Below, piece after piece: positions 33,516 to 43,263 of a stretch of DNA of 64,000 bases (position 1 is the first letter of the stretch; each line of letters begins with the position of its first letter). The stretch is from the NCBI GenBank assembly GCA_965209035.1, contig OZ242372.1, positions 1,152,001-1,216,000 on the forward strand. The letters run 5' to 3'. The DNA is from Gammaproteobacteria bacterium. Its GTDB lineage: Bacteria; Pseudomonadota; Gammaproteobacteria; CBDBNL01; JAAOII01. The position numbers and the translations under genes are program-made. The notes under the pieces were generated by a model, which had not been told where the DNA came from, did no database searches, and worked only from the letters and a program-made list of their open reading frames with translations.

Positions 33516-35789
33516 ATGAGTCTATTTGCAATCCATGCTCTCAGTAGCAACGGCATAGCCGCAGCCGGCCGAACAATAGGCCGCGGCATTCTTTTATTAT
33601 TAACAGTCGCCCTGTCGGCCGTTCTGCTCACCGCCTGTGGTGGCGGGGGGGGGGGGCAGTAGTGGAGATCCCGGCGGTGAGTTTCCCGCCGTTTCCGATC
33701 TAAACATTATTCCGGCCGAGGGCAGTTTGCTGCTCAATTGGACCAACCCGAATCGCATCGATATCAGCGACTTTAATATCAGTTGGGTCAGTACAAGTGC
33801 GACCGGATCAGGAACGGGGTCGGGATCGCGGCTTACCGGGGATCAGTCGGATCAGTCTGCCCTGACGATGACGGGCTATTTGCTTGACGGTCTGACAGAC
33901 GGCACCGGTTACACGGTCAGTGTGTCCGTCCTGTATGCGGGCGGCGGCCTATCCAATGTGGTTTCGGGACCGATGCGCCGCCCGGGGAAAAATACGGACG
34001 GCGATCATCTGCCGGATAACGAGGATCCGGACGATGATAATGACGGGCTGAATGATTTTGCCGAGGACGGGAGCACACCATTGGATGCCTGTCCGCGCGG
34101 TGATACGGGCTGGACCTCCAATGCGTCTGCGGACAATGACGGCGATGGCTGTCGGGATGCGCATGCCGAGGATGCGGACGATGACAATGATGGGGTGCCC
34201 GACACTACGGACAACTGCCCGCTTGTCGTCAATGCGTTGCAGGAGAACAGTGACTTGGATGCGCCGGGCGATGCTTGCGGCGATACGGATGACAACGGGA
34301 CGCCGAATGTGGCGGACCCGGATGATGACGGTGATGGCGTGGCCGATGCGGCGGATGTGGACGATGACGGCGATGGGTTGATAGAGGTGCGGACGCTGGA
34401 TGATTTGGGGCGCATGCGCGATGATCTTAACGGCAACGGCGGGGATGATAGTCACTTTACCGATGTTGTGGCTATGGGGTCATCGGGCTGTCCGACCCCG
34501 GGCGGCTGTACCGGTTACGAATTGGTGCGTTCGTTGAATTTCAGTGATGCGGGCTCGTATGAGACGGGTTCGGCGAGCAAGAGTGCCTGGACAAACCGCT
34601 CCGGTCGTGGCTGGGTGCCGATTGGGTTTTGTTCGGTAGATAAAACCAGTTGCACCGATCTAAATAGGTTCTTTCAGCCTGTAACGAGATATCGTTCTTA
34701 TACGGGAACTTTTGAGGGTAATGGCCATGGACTGTATGATCTGTTTATTAATGCAAGCACAGAGACGAGTGAGACGATGGATATGGGCGGGTTGACTGTG
34801 CAAATCTTGTCATCTTCTCAAGGGATCGGTCTGTTTGGCGCGATAGCGAACAATGAGATTCGGAATCTGCGCCTGGTGAACGCATATATCAAGGGCGGTT
34901 TGTTGAATATCGGCATGGTTGCCGGCGTTGCCAAGAATAGTGTGTTGCGTCGGGTTGCCGCCGAGGGGGCGGCGGATGCGTTCGTGAACAGTCGAAGTAT
35001 CGGCGGTCTGGTCGGCGGGGGACTGATAGACACGCCGGCGGTCAGCCTGACAATTCTCTCTTCTTATGCGGTTTTGAACTTAAACAAAACCTTACCAGCT
35101 CGGTCGTCTTTTAACACCGCGTCTGAGACTTTCCCACCGCTAAATTCTAATAATGAATTCTCAGATGCTTCGGGTGGCCTGGTCGGTGCAATGTCCGGTT
35201 CTCTTGTGATCCGTTCTTCCTATGCGTTTGGTAATGTAATAACTACCAGGGCCGAAGTCGGCGGGCTGGTAGGTCGGTATAGTTATAGTGCTCCTTTACC
35301 CAATACCTGTGAGATTACCGGTTCCTATGCCGCCCTGCGTCTCACTGCCGACAACTCTGTCGGCGGCATCTTGGGGACGGTGAGGGGAGGTACTTGCCGA
35401 TTGACAGCCTCTTATTCCGCTTCTGTTCCCAAGGGGGCGGCGGGCAAGAGCGACATAGGCGGTCTGCGGGGAAGTTTGTTTGTTGGTAGTGCTAATAATA
35501 TCCATGGCAATGTGTCTGTGAATGCCACCTATTGGGATGCGACCCTGCCGGCGACACGCCGGCGAGTGATGACGATGTCCATGGCCGCACCACAGAGCAA
35601 TTGCAAGAGGAGACAGAATTTTCGGGTATTTATGCAATCTGGAACAACTATTTTTGCGATGCGGGGCCCGGCGTCCCCGGCGACTCGTTGGCTTGGGACC
35701 CGAGCGATGCGAATGCATATCCGCTATTAACTTGTCCGCCGGGCGGCGTCGCCCGCCAAAGGGAATTGTTTGCGAGATTCCGAGATTGA
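33516..35789 (+). pseudogene. FN3/TSP3/GLUG lipoprotein gene, out of frame at a G12 tract and at ~35547
   Basis: ATG 33516 encodes a signal peptide ending LLTACGG. G12 at 33645-33656 leads to CAG TAG, and the mature domain continues in another frame (ORF 33637). The family C-terminus (WDPSDANAYPLL) lies in ORF 35532-35789. Confidence 0.85.
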
Positions 35790-35906
35790 TTGAATGAATA
35801 GATGGTTTAATCTGTTTAATCCATTCCATTAAAGAGGCAATTAAATAAACAAACAAATGGCGAATAGTTTACTAAATGGCAGCAGGGCATCACAAAGAGG
35901 CGGTGT

Positions 35907-36239
35907 ATGTGCACAAATGCTCACAATATGAGGGACTTGCTACTTGTAAAAGACGAGTGGCGGATAATAGTAAGATTTTTTGTGCAGAATGGTTTTTTTG
36001 AAATGAATGCTTCCTTACAACAAACAAAACAAATTCAAGAAAAGTATCAACAAAGATGGATGGAGAAAAAATACATCTCTGCTGTTGGAATGGCACAAAC
36101 AGAAGATCACGGAGAAGAGAACTACTGCCTTGTCATTTATTTTACCGATAACAAAGATCATCCGGATATACCGGGACCGAATGAGTTGGATGGAGTTTTA
36201 ATTAAGAAATTATATAACCAAACATTTACAGTATCTTAA
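35907..36239 (+). CDS. Small hypothetical protein (likely start 36003)
   Basis: AT-rich ORF with globular-looking composition (ISAVGMAQ...CLVIYF...IPGPNELDGVLIK). The family was not confidently recognised. Confidence 0.55.
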   Translation: MCTNAHNMRDLLLVKDEWRIIVRFFVQNGFFEMNASLQQTKQIQEKYQQRWMEKKYISAVGMAQTEDHGEENYCLVIYFTDNKDHPDIPGPNELDGVLIKKLYNQTFTVS

Positions 36240-36750
36240 ACCCGGAAAGGCAAAAAAATTGCAAAGCGTGTTGTGGATGTCGCAGAGCAACAAGCGTTGG
36301 ATTCTCTCCGGATGCCCAATATTACAGCCGTAGAATTTTTTGAAAAGTTTTCCGGCGACCCATGCGGGAGAACCGTGTATCGGCATTTAAACAAACATTT
36401 AAACAAACAAAGAGCAGAGCAAGATGCAAGAGGCGGTAGCAAGACGCTAAGCGATTTTTTATTTTTGCGTTCTTCGGCGCAGAGTTTAAGTTTATAGAGC
36501 AATCTGTCTTTGAACGGCTTTCTTGTCAGTCATCAGTTATGAAGCATCCGAAATCGGACGGGCGGTATGGGACGGGGTGGGGCGAAATGGAACGGATACA
36601 ATTCTCGGATCTGTCCCGGGTTGTCTGTGCTATAATAATTCTACCGTTTGGTTGCGATGCGGGCAGGCGGTGTTGCCGGGTTTTTGCGAAGATACGGCAC
36701 AATCGTTATTATTAATTGTTACTTTATGAAATTGAACTTAAACTTAAAAG

Positions 36751-37386
36751 ATGACTAAAATACTTTCCACTTCATTGACCCGGGCGGAGCAATCGGTTGC
36801 TCGCAGCCTGTGGGTTTCTTTGGCGGCGGTTTTCGCCGGCAGTCTCGTTTTGACATTGTCGGCAAAAATACAAGTGCCGTTTTATCCCGTGCCGATGACC
36901 TTGCAAACCTTGGCCTTGGCGGTGATATGCCTTGCTTACGGGACACGCCTTGCCGTTGCAACTGTGTTGGTTTACCTGGCACAGGGGGCTCTGGGTGTGC
37001 CGGTGTTTGCCGGTGCCGTGGCGGGCCTGCCGTATTTGTTGGGACCGACAGGCGGTTATTTAATGGGCTTTATCCCGGCCGCGTTGTTGTTGGGATATGC
37101 CGGCAGCCGTATGCGTTCGCGCCCGGAGCCGCAAATGAAACAGGGGCTGCGTTTGCTGCCTTTAATTGTTATGCTCGCTGTTATTTTGGCCGCATATGCC
37201 CTGGTGTATGCCTGCGGTTATGCTTGGCTGGGATTTCAGATCGGCTATGAGAAGGCCTTTTGGTTGGGTGTTGCTCCTTTTGTTTTGGGTGATCTTGCCA
37301 AGGCGGCATTGGCTGCGGTCAGTTTGCAGATTGGCTGTTCTTTGGCTGTGCGAATCGGGCTGCTTTCCGATGCCGATAAAAAATAA
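36751..37386 (+). CDS. bioY: Biotin transporter BioY
   Basis: Motifs PVPMTLQT, GVPVFAG, GPTGGYLMGF and PFVLGDLAK. Confidence 0.95.
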   Translation: MTKILSTSLTRAEQSVARSLWVSLAAVFAGSLVLTLSAKIQVPFYPVPMTLQTLALAVICLAYGTRLAVATVLVYLAQGALGVPVFAGAVAGLPYLLGPTGGYLMGFIPAALLLGYAGSRMRSRPEPQMKQGLRLLPLIVMLAVILAAYALVYACGYAWLGFQIGYEKAFWLGVAPFVLGDLAKAALAAVSLQIGCSLAVRIGLLSDADKK

Positions 37387-37681
37387 AGGCTATTAAAGGA
37401 TAAGGGTTATTTAAAGGAAGAACTCCGCGGGGATCCTTAAGCAAGTAAAGGGCGGCATAGGTCGCCCTTTTTTTGGGGTGGTGGTGGCGGTATCCGCTAT
37501 ATAAGAACAGTTTCTTCCGGCCAGATTCTTTGCGAACGGGTTGAACGGCTGTTGAATGACCGCGGCCGCGATCTCGCGCCGCCGTTTACAGTCGTTTGCA
37601 GCCGTTTGAAATGCCAAAACCGGTTATCCGACAGTCGGTAACGGTAGCCGGGTTCCTTACCTTAATAGACAGATATTCTCG

Positions 37682-38329
37682 TTTTTAGTGGGCGGCGTCC
37701 CAGTTGGGACCGTAACCGAAATCCACTTTTAAGGTAACCATTAGTTTTTCGCGCAGGGGGCTGACCTGCTCCATCGCATCGCAGATGACTTGTCGGCATT
37801 CTTCCGCCGCATCTTTTTTGATCTCAAACAGGAGTTCGTCATGTTTTTAGTGGGCGGCGTCTCGGTTGGGACCGTAACCGAAATCCACTTTTAAGGTAAC
37901 CATTAATTTTTCGCGCAGGGGGCTGACCTGCTCCATCGCGTCGCAGATGACTTGTCGGCATTCTTCCACCGCATCTTCTTTGATCTCAAACAGGAGTTTG
38001 TCATGTTTTTAGTGGGCGGCGTCCCGGTTGGGACCGTAACCGAAATCCACTTTTAAGGTAACCATTAATTTTTCGCGCAGGGGGCTGACCTGCTCCATCG
38101 CGTCGCAGATGACTTGTCGGCATTCTTCCACCGCATCTTCTTTGATCTCAAACAGGAGTTCGTCATGTTTTTAGTGGGCGGCGTCCCAGTTGGGACCGTA
38201 ACCGAAATCCACTTTTAAGGTAACCATTAATTTTTCGCGCAGGGGGCTGACCTGCTCCATCGCATCGCAGATGACTTGTCGGCATTCTTCCACCGCATCT
38301 TTTTTGATCTCAAACAGGAGTTCGTCATG
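37682..38329. repeat. Four tandem 162-bp copies of the polA 3' end (three extra copies)
   Basis: Minus-strand stop codon equivalents at 37685, 37847, 38009 and 38171, an exact 162-bp period with a few substitutions. Confidence 0.97.
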
Positions 38330-40876
38330 CACCTGTAGGATCATGACGGCCTTGTTTTTGTCCAAAGTTGCGTTGGCGGTGATCATGGCAAGACGCATCA
38401 GGTCGGCCGCCGTTCCTTGGACCGGCGCGTTAATGGCGGCCCTTTCCGCGCCCTGGCGCGCGCCGAATGCTTTGCTGTTGATGTTCGGTGTGTGAATGCG
38501 GCGGCCGCTCAGAGTTTCCACCCATCCTTTTTCCGCGGCCTGTTTTTTGGTTCTTTCCATGTAAGCGCGCACTCCCGGATATCGTTCAAAATACAGGTCA
38601 ATGTATTCTTGTGCGGTGGTCTTGTCAATTTTCAGTTGGCTCGCCAAACCAAACGCCGACATACCGTAAATCAGACCGAAGTTAATTGCTTTGGCGCGCC
38701 GTCTTTGTTCCGGGCTGACGGCCGCCAATTCCGCGCCGAACACTTCGGCCGCCGTTGCCCGGTGAATGTCCTGATCTTTGGCAAAGGCATCCAACAGGGC
38801 GGGATCCTCGGAGAGGTGCGCCATCACGCGCAGTTCTATTTGCGAGTAGTCTGCGGATGCCAGAACGCAGCCTTTGGGGGCGACAAATGCCTTGCGAATG
38901 CGCCGGCCTTCTTGGGTGCGAATGGGGATGTTCTGCAAATTCGGGTTGCTTGAAGAAAGGCGCCCGGTGGCGACCGCCGCCTGATGGAACGAGGTGTGCA
39001 CCCGGCCGGTGCGCGGATTCACCTGTTTGGCGAGGGCGTCCGTGTAGGTGTTTTTTAACTTGCTCAGGTTGCGGTATTCCAAAATGTGGCCGGGCAGTTC
39101 GTGTTCGGTCGCCAGTTGGGTGAGGACGCGCTCCGCCGTGGAACGCTGGCCGCCTTCGGTTTTACGCGATGACTTGAGTCCGAGTTGTTCGTAGAGAATT
39201 TTTTCCAACTGAGATGGCGAGTTGATGTTGAATTCCGTGCCGGCAATGCGGTGGATCTCTTTTTCCAGAGTGCGGATGCTGTTGCCGAGTTCGGCGCTTT
39301 GTTCGGCAAGCAGTTTTGTATCCAGCAGCGCGCCGCGGCGTTCCATATCAAGAAGGATGGGCAGCAGCGGTAGGTCCGACTGTTCGTATAGGTCGGTGCT
39401 TTCTTTGGTCGCGGCGATTTCTTTTTTCAGAAGTTGCCACAGTTGCAAGCAGACATCGGCGTCTTCGGCCGCATATTCGCCGCCCGCCTGTATGTCAATT
39501 TCTTGGAAATGCAGTTGGTTTTTCCCTTTGCCGGCAAGGTCTGTAAATTCCTTTTTGGTGCGTTTCAACAGAGAGAGGGTCAAACTTGTCAGGTCTCGTC
39601 TGCCCGATGTGACAAGATAGGACATGAGCATTGTGTCGTCAAACTTTTTGGGAATGTCGCTGCCATGGTTGCGCAGTATGTGAAAATCAAACTTGGCGTT
39701 GTGGCTGACAACTGTCTTGGCGGCGTCTGCAAACAGGGGGGCGAGGTCCCGGAGCATGTCTTCGGTGGACAGTTGCTCCGGCACTCCCATATACCGATGC
39801 TCACATGGGACATAATAGGCTTCGTCCGGGGATACGGCAAAGGAAAAGCCGACAATCTTGGCGTCCAGGTGTTCCAGGCCGGTGGTTTCCAGGTCAAAGG
39901 CAAAAACGGAAGATTGTTTTAGTATGTTCAGCAACTTGGCACGGTCTTCGGATGTCAAAATGATCTGATAGGACAGACCCTGCGGCTGTTGCGGTGTTTC
40001 GTTGAGTTCTTTTAAGAACGACTTCAGGTCATATTCCAGATAAAGAGCCTTTAACTTTTCCGGGTTCGGCTCTCGCATGGTGAGTTCCGCGGGGTTCAGA
40101 GGCGGATCCGATTCCGTGATGAGAGTGTTTAGTTTTTTGAGCAGCGGCAATTGTTCCAAAGAGGCGCGCAGATTTTCGCCGACCTTGCCCGGCACCTTGT
40201 CCGCGTTCTTTGCCAGGTTGTCCAAGGAACCGTATTCCTGTAACAGTTTGACGGCGGTCTTGTTGCCGATCATCGGCACGCCGGGGATGTTGTCCACTGT
40301 GTCGCCAATCAGGGTCAGGTAATCGGCGATGCGCTCCGGCGGGACGCCGTATTTGTTCTCCACCCCCTCGGCATCCCAAATCTCGTCCGTGCGTTCGTCC
40401 GCCAAAATAAAAATGTTGTTGTTGACCAGTTGCGCCAAATCCTTGTCTCGGGTGACGATGTAAGTTTTCTCGTAAAGAGCGGGAGAGCGAGTGCAAAGAT
40501 GCGCGATGACATCGTCCGCTTCCAGGCCGTCCCCTGTCAGCACCGGGAAACCTTGCGCCCGGATGATTTCCTTGAGCGGCGGGATCTGCTCGGAAAGGTC
40601 TGCCGGGGTTGGCGGGCGATTTGCCTTGTATTCGGGGAACCACTCGGCTCTCGTTTCTTTGCCCTTGCCGTCAAACACGGTGATGATGTTGCTCTTTGGG
40701 TGCTTGCGGCGCAGGGCCCTCAGCATGTTGAGAACGCCGAAGATGACCTGAGTGGGTCTGCCTTTGGTGTCCGACATGGCCTGATGGCGGAGGACATGAT
40801 AAGCGCGGAACACATGCCCGGAGGTGTCCGTAAGAATGAGAGGATTCTTGTCCTTTTTAATCTTCTCGGGGACCAT
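38171..40876 (-). CDS. polA: DNA polymerase I
   Basis: 5'-3' exonuclease (EADDVI, GDTVDNIPGV), 3'-5' exonuclease (FDLETTG) and polymerase motifs (ADYSQIELR, AKAINFGLIYG, QVHDEL). Start set at MVPEK (40876). Confidence 0.97.
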   Translation of the reverse strand: MVPEKIKKDKNPLILTDTSGHVFRAYHVLRHQAMSDTKGRPTQVIFGVLNMLRALRRKHPKSNIITVFDGKGKETRAEWFPEYKANRPPTPADLSEQIPPLKEIIRAQGFPVLTGDGLEADDVIAHLCTRSPALYEKTYIVTRDKDLAQLVNNNIFILADERTDEIWDAEGVENKYGVPPERIADYLTLIGDTVDNIPGVPMIGNKTAVKLLQEYGSLDNLAKNADKVPGKVGENLRASLEQLPLLKKLNTLITESDPPLNPAELTMREPNPEKLKALYLEYDLKSFLKELNETPQQPQGLSYQIILTSEDRAKLLNILKQSSVFAFDLETTGLEHLDAKIVGFSFAVSPDEAYYVPCEHRYMGVPEQLSTEDMLRDLAPLFADAAKTVVSHNAKFDFHILRNHGSDIPKKFDDTMLMSYLVTSGRRDLTSLTLSLLKRTKKEFTDLAGKGKNQLHFQEIDIQAGGEYAAEDADVCLQLWQLLKKEIAATKESTDLYEQSDLPLLPILLDMERRGALLDTKLLAEQSAELGNSIRTLEKEIHRIAGTEFNINSPSQLEKILYEQLGLKSSRKTEGGQRSTAERVLTQLATEHELPGHILEYRNLSKLKNTYTDALAKQVNPRTGRVHTSFHQAAVATGRLSSSNPNLQNIPIRTQEGRRIRKAFVAPKGCVLASADYSQIELRVMAHLSEDPALLDAFAKDQDIHRATAAEVFGAELAAVSPEQRRRAKAINFGLIYGMSAFGLASQLKIDKTTAQEYIDLYFERYPGVRAYMERTKKQAAEKGWVETLSGRRIHTPNINSKAFGARQGAERAAINAPVQGTAADLMRLAMITANATLDKNKAVMILQVHDELLFEIKKDAVEECRQVICDAMEQVSPLREKLMVTLKVDFGYGPNWDAAH

Positions 40877-41816
40877 AGCGAATTTGGATGCCGCGGTTGT
40901 CGGCCAGTAAGCGGAAACTTTTGAAAGACAGAGCGCGTTTTTGGAAATGCCGGCTAACCGCGGCATCCAATTTTTTGGTTTTTCCGTTTTCCGCCAGCAG
41001 AAGAATAGCCGGCCCGCTGCCGCTGATACAAACTCCAAGCGCGCCGGCGGCCGGCAGACTCTGTTTTAGTTCCACATAGCCGAGTTCCGGCTTGTCCCTG
41101 TAAGGTTCGTGGATGCGGTCATGCATCGCCTGCCGCAACAGAGCGTAATTTTGGGTTGCAAATGCCAGTGCGGTAAGACTGGCATAACCGAGATTTGCGG
41201 ACAGGTCCGCGCGTGTGAACCGGTCGGGCATGGTTTTTCGGGCGGCGGCGGTGGATGTTTGCAGGTCCGGCAGAATCAGAATGCAGAGGAGATCGCGCGA
41301 CACGGGAATCCGGTGCACCTTGTATTCTTTGGTTACGGGATGGCGAACGGATATGGTGAAGCCGCCAAACAAAGACGGCGCCAGGTTGTCCGGATGCCGT
41401 TCAAAGCCCACGGCCATTGCCAGCAGTTCTTCCTTGTTCGGTTTGCGTTCGTTGAGAATCTGCGCGGCCGCGGCCGCGGCGATTACGGCTGTGGCACTGG
41501 AGCCCATGCCGCCGTAGGGAGGCACGCGCACTGTTGCGTGCAGAGAGAAGGGGCGCGCCGGCAGGTTCATTTTTTTACAGCATTTTTTGTAGCATTTAAC
41601 CAGGTAGTTTCTGTCGGGGTTGGTAAAGGAGTTGTGCAGTCCGACTTTTGTTTTTTCCGCTGCGTTGGCCGCGTTGATCGTGTTGTAAGTCAGCGAATAC
41701 TCCGGTGCCGGCTTAAACGAAAATTCGTTTCTGACGGACAGGGCCATACCGAATGTATCAAATCCCGCACCCATGTTGCCGCTGCTGGCGGGCACTGTCA
41801 GGGTAAAAGCGGACAC
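40857..41816 (-). CDS. thrB: Homoserine kinase (GHMP family)
   Basis: Motifs VPASSGNMGAGFD, PPYGGMGSSA, HPDNLAP and ISGSGPA. Confidence 0.93.
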   Translation of the reverse strand: MSAFTLTVPASSGNMGAGFDTFGMALSVRNEFSFKPAPEYSLTYNTINAANAAEKTKVGLHNSFTNPDRNYLVKCYKKCCKKMNLPARPFSLHATVRVPPYGGMGSSATAVIAAAAAAQILNERKPNKEELLAMAVGFERHPDNLAPSLFGGFTISVRHPVTKEYKVHRIPVSRDLLCILILPDLQTSTAAARKTMPDRFTRADLSANLGYASLTALAFATQNYALLRQAMHDRIHEPYRDKPELGYVELKQSLPAAGALGVCISGSGPAILLLAENGKTKKLDAAVSRHFQKRALSFKSFRLLADNRGIQIRYGPRED

Positions 41817-41936
41817 AGAAAATCGTTGCGAAGCGCAGAATGAATAGGCATCTTGTGTTTGTTTTCGTTACATCGACTCATGGGGTTATTGTAAAACAAA
41901 TAAAAAGGCGCGAATGGATTAAAATATGTAACGAAG

Positions 41937-42731
41937 ATGCCAAGACATACGATTGCCGAGTTACATCGGCTTAAGAAGGAGAAGCAGCGATTTTGTTGCC
42001 TGACCGCCTATGATGCGACCCAAGCGCGCGTGTTGTCGCGGGCGGGGACGGAGGTGTTGCTGGTCGGTGATTCTCTGGCGCAGGTGGTGCAGGGGCGTTC
42101 TTCCACGCTGGGGGTGCGGTTGGATGAAATGGTCTATCATACCCGGGCGGTTGCGAGCGGGAATTGCGGTTCTTTGTTGATGGCGGATGTGCCGTTTGCC
42201 TGCGCCTATGATATGGTCGCGGCTACGGAGAGTGCGCGCCGGTTGTTGCGCGCGGGTGCGGAAGCGGTTAAGTATGAAGCGGACGCGGAGATGGTGCCGT
42301 TGCTTGCGGACTTGAGTCGTCAGGGTATTCCAATCTGCGCGCATCTGGGGTTGCGACCGCAGCAGGCGGTGCGGGAAGGCGGTTATCGTGTTAAAGGACG
42401 AACACCCGCGGAGGCGGCCGAGATGCTATCCATGGCCAAGGAGTGCGCGGCGGCCGGCGTTTGTTTTTTGTTGTTGGAGTGCACAGAGGCGAGCCTGGCG
42501 AAGCGGATTACGGCGGCCGTGAAGATTCCGGTGATTGGCATAGGGGCGGGCGCGGACACGGACGCACAGATTTTGGTGCTTTATGATTTGTTGGGCTTGC
42601 ATCCGAACCCGCCGAGATTTGTGCGCAACTTTCTTGCGGGTGCCAACTCTGTGGATCAGGCGGTTAAAAATTATTGCAAGAGTGTGCGGGAAGGGGACTT
42701 TCCCGCGGCGGCTGAGAGCTATATGTCTTGA
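41937..42731 (+). CDS. panB: 3-methyl-2-oxobutanoate hydroxymethyltransferase
   Basis: Motifs LTAYD, LVGDSL, AHLGLRPQ and IGIGAG. Confidence 0.96.
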   Translation: MPRHTIAELHRLKKEKQRFCCLTAYDATQARVLSRAGTEVLLVGDSLAQVVQGRSSTLGVRLDEMVYHTRAVASGNCGSLLMADVPFACAYDMVAATESARRLLRAGAEAVKYEADAEMVPLLADLSRQGIPICAHLGLRPQQAVREGGYRVKGRTPAEAAEMLSMAKECAAAGVCFLLLECTEASLAKRITAAVKIPVIGIGAGADTDAQILVLYDLLGLHPNPPRFVRNFLAGANSVDQAVKNYCKSVREGDFPAAAESYMS

Positions 42732-42809
42732 TGTCCTTTGATGCATCTTGATGCTGTTTTTGTCGATATTTGGTCCGAAGCGGACTGCCTGGTTGTATTG
42801 ATTTGAGCC

Positions 42810-43263
42810 GCGGGGAGGGTTGAAGGTTGCCCCCCGTTTTTTGGTTTTTAATATTCGCCTGTTTGGCTATTTAAGCGGAGTTGGTTCATTCGTGCTACCC
42901 GTTTTCTCTATTTTTCCCGCTTCCTCGGTTTATTCCCATCCTGCCGTTATTCCGGTTGTTCCGGATCCGGTTTTTGCGCCGTTATCCATTCCAATGCGGC
43001 CTGTTTGATCGCGGCGATTTGTTCTTCGGGGAAGGTTGCAGGTTGCCCCCCCGCTTTTTAATTTTTAATATTCGGCTGTTTGGCTAGTTGAGCGGGGTTG
43101 CCGGTTCATTTGTTTTTCCCGTTTCCTCTTTTTATTTCCCCCGCCGTTGTCCCGGTTGTTTCGGTCATTCCGAATCCGGTTTTTGCGCCGTTATCCATTC
43201 CAAGGCGGCTTGTTTGATCGCGGCAGTTTGTTCTTCGGGGAGATTGAAGTTTGCCCCGCGCTT
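42810..43263. repeat. Degenerate ~210-bp tandem duplication including the alaS 3' end
   Basis: 42965-43056 matches 43174-43263 (ATCCGGTTTTTGCGCCGTTATCCATTCCAA...). TTTTTAATATTCG.CTGTTTGGCTA is also repeated. Confidence 0.85.

Noticed and set aside
40877-41038. 54-aa N-terminal extension of PolA
   Set aside because: It overlaps thrB coding sequence, and PolA homology starts after Met at 40876.
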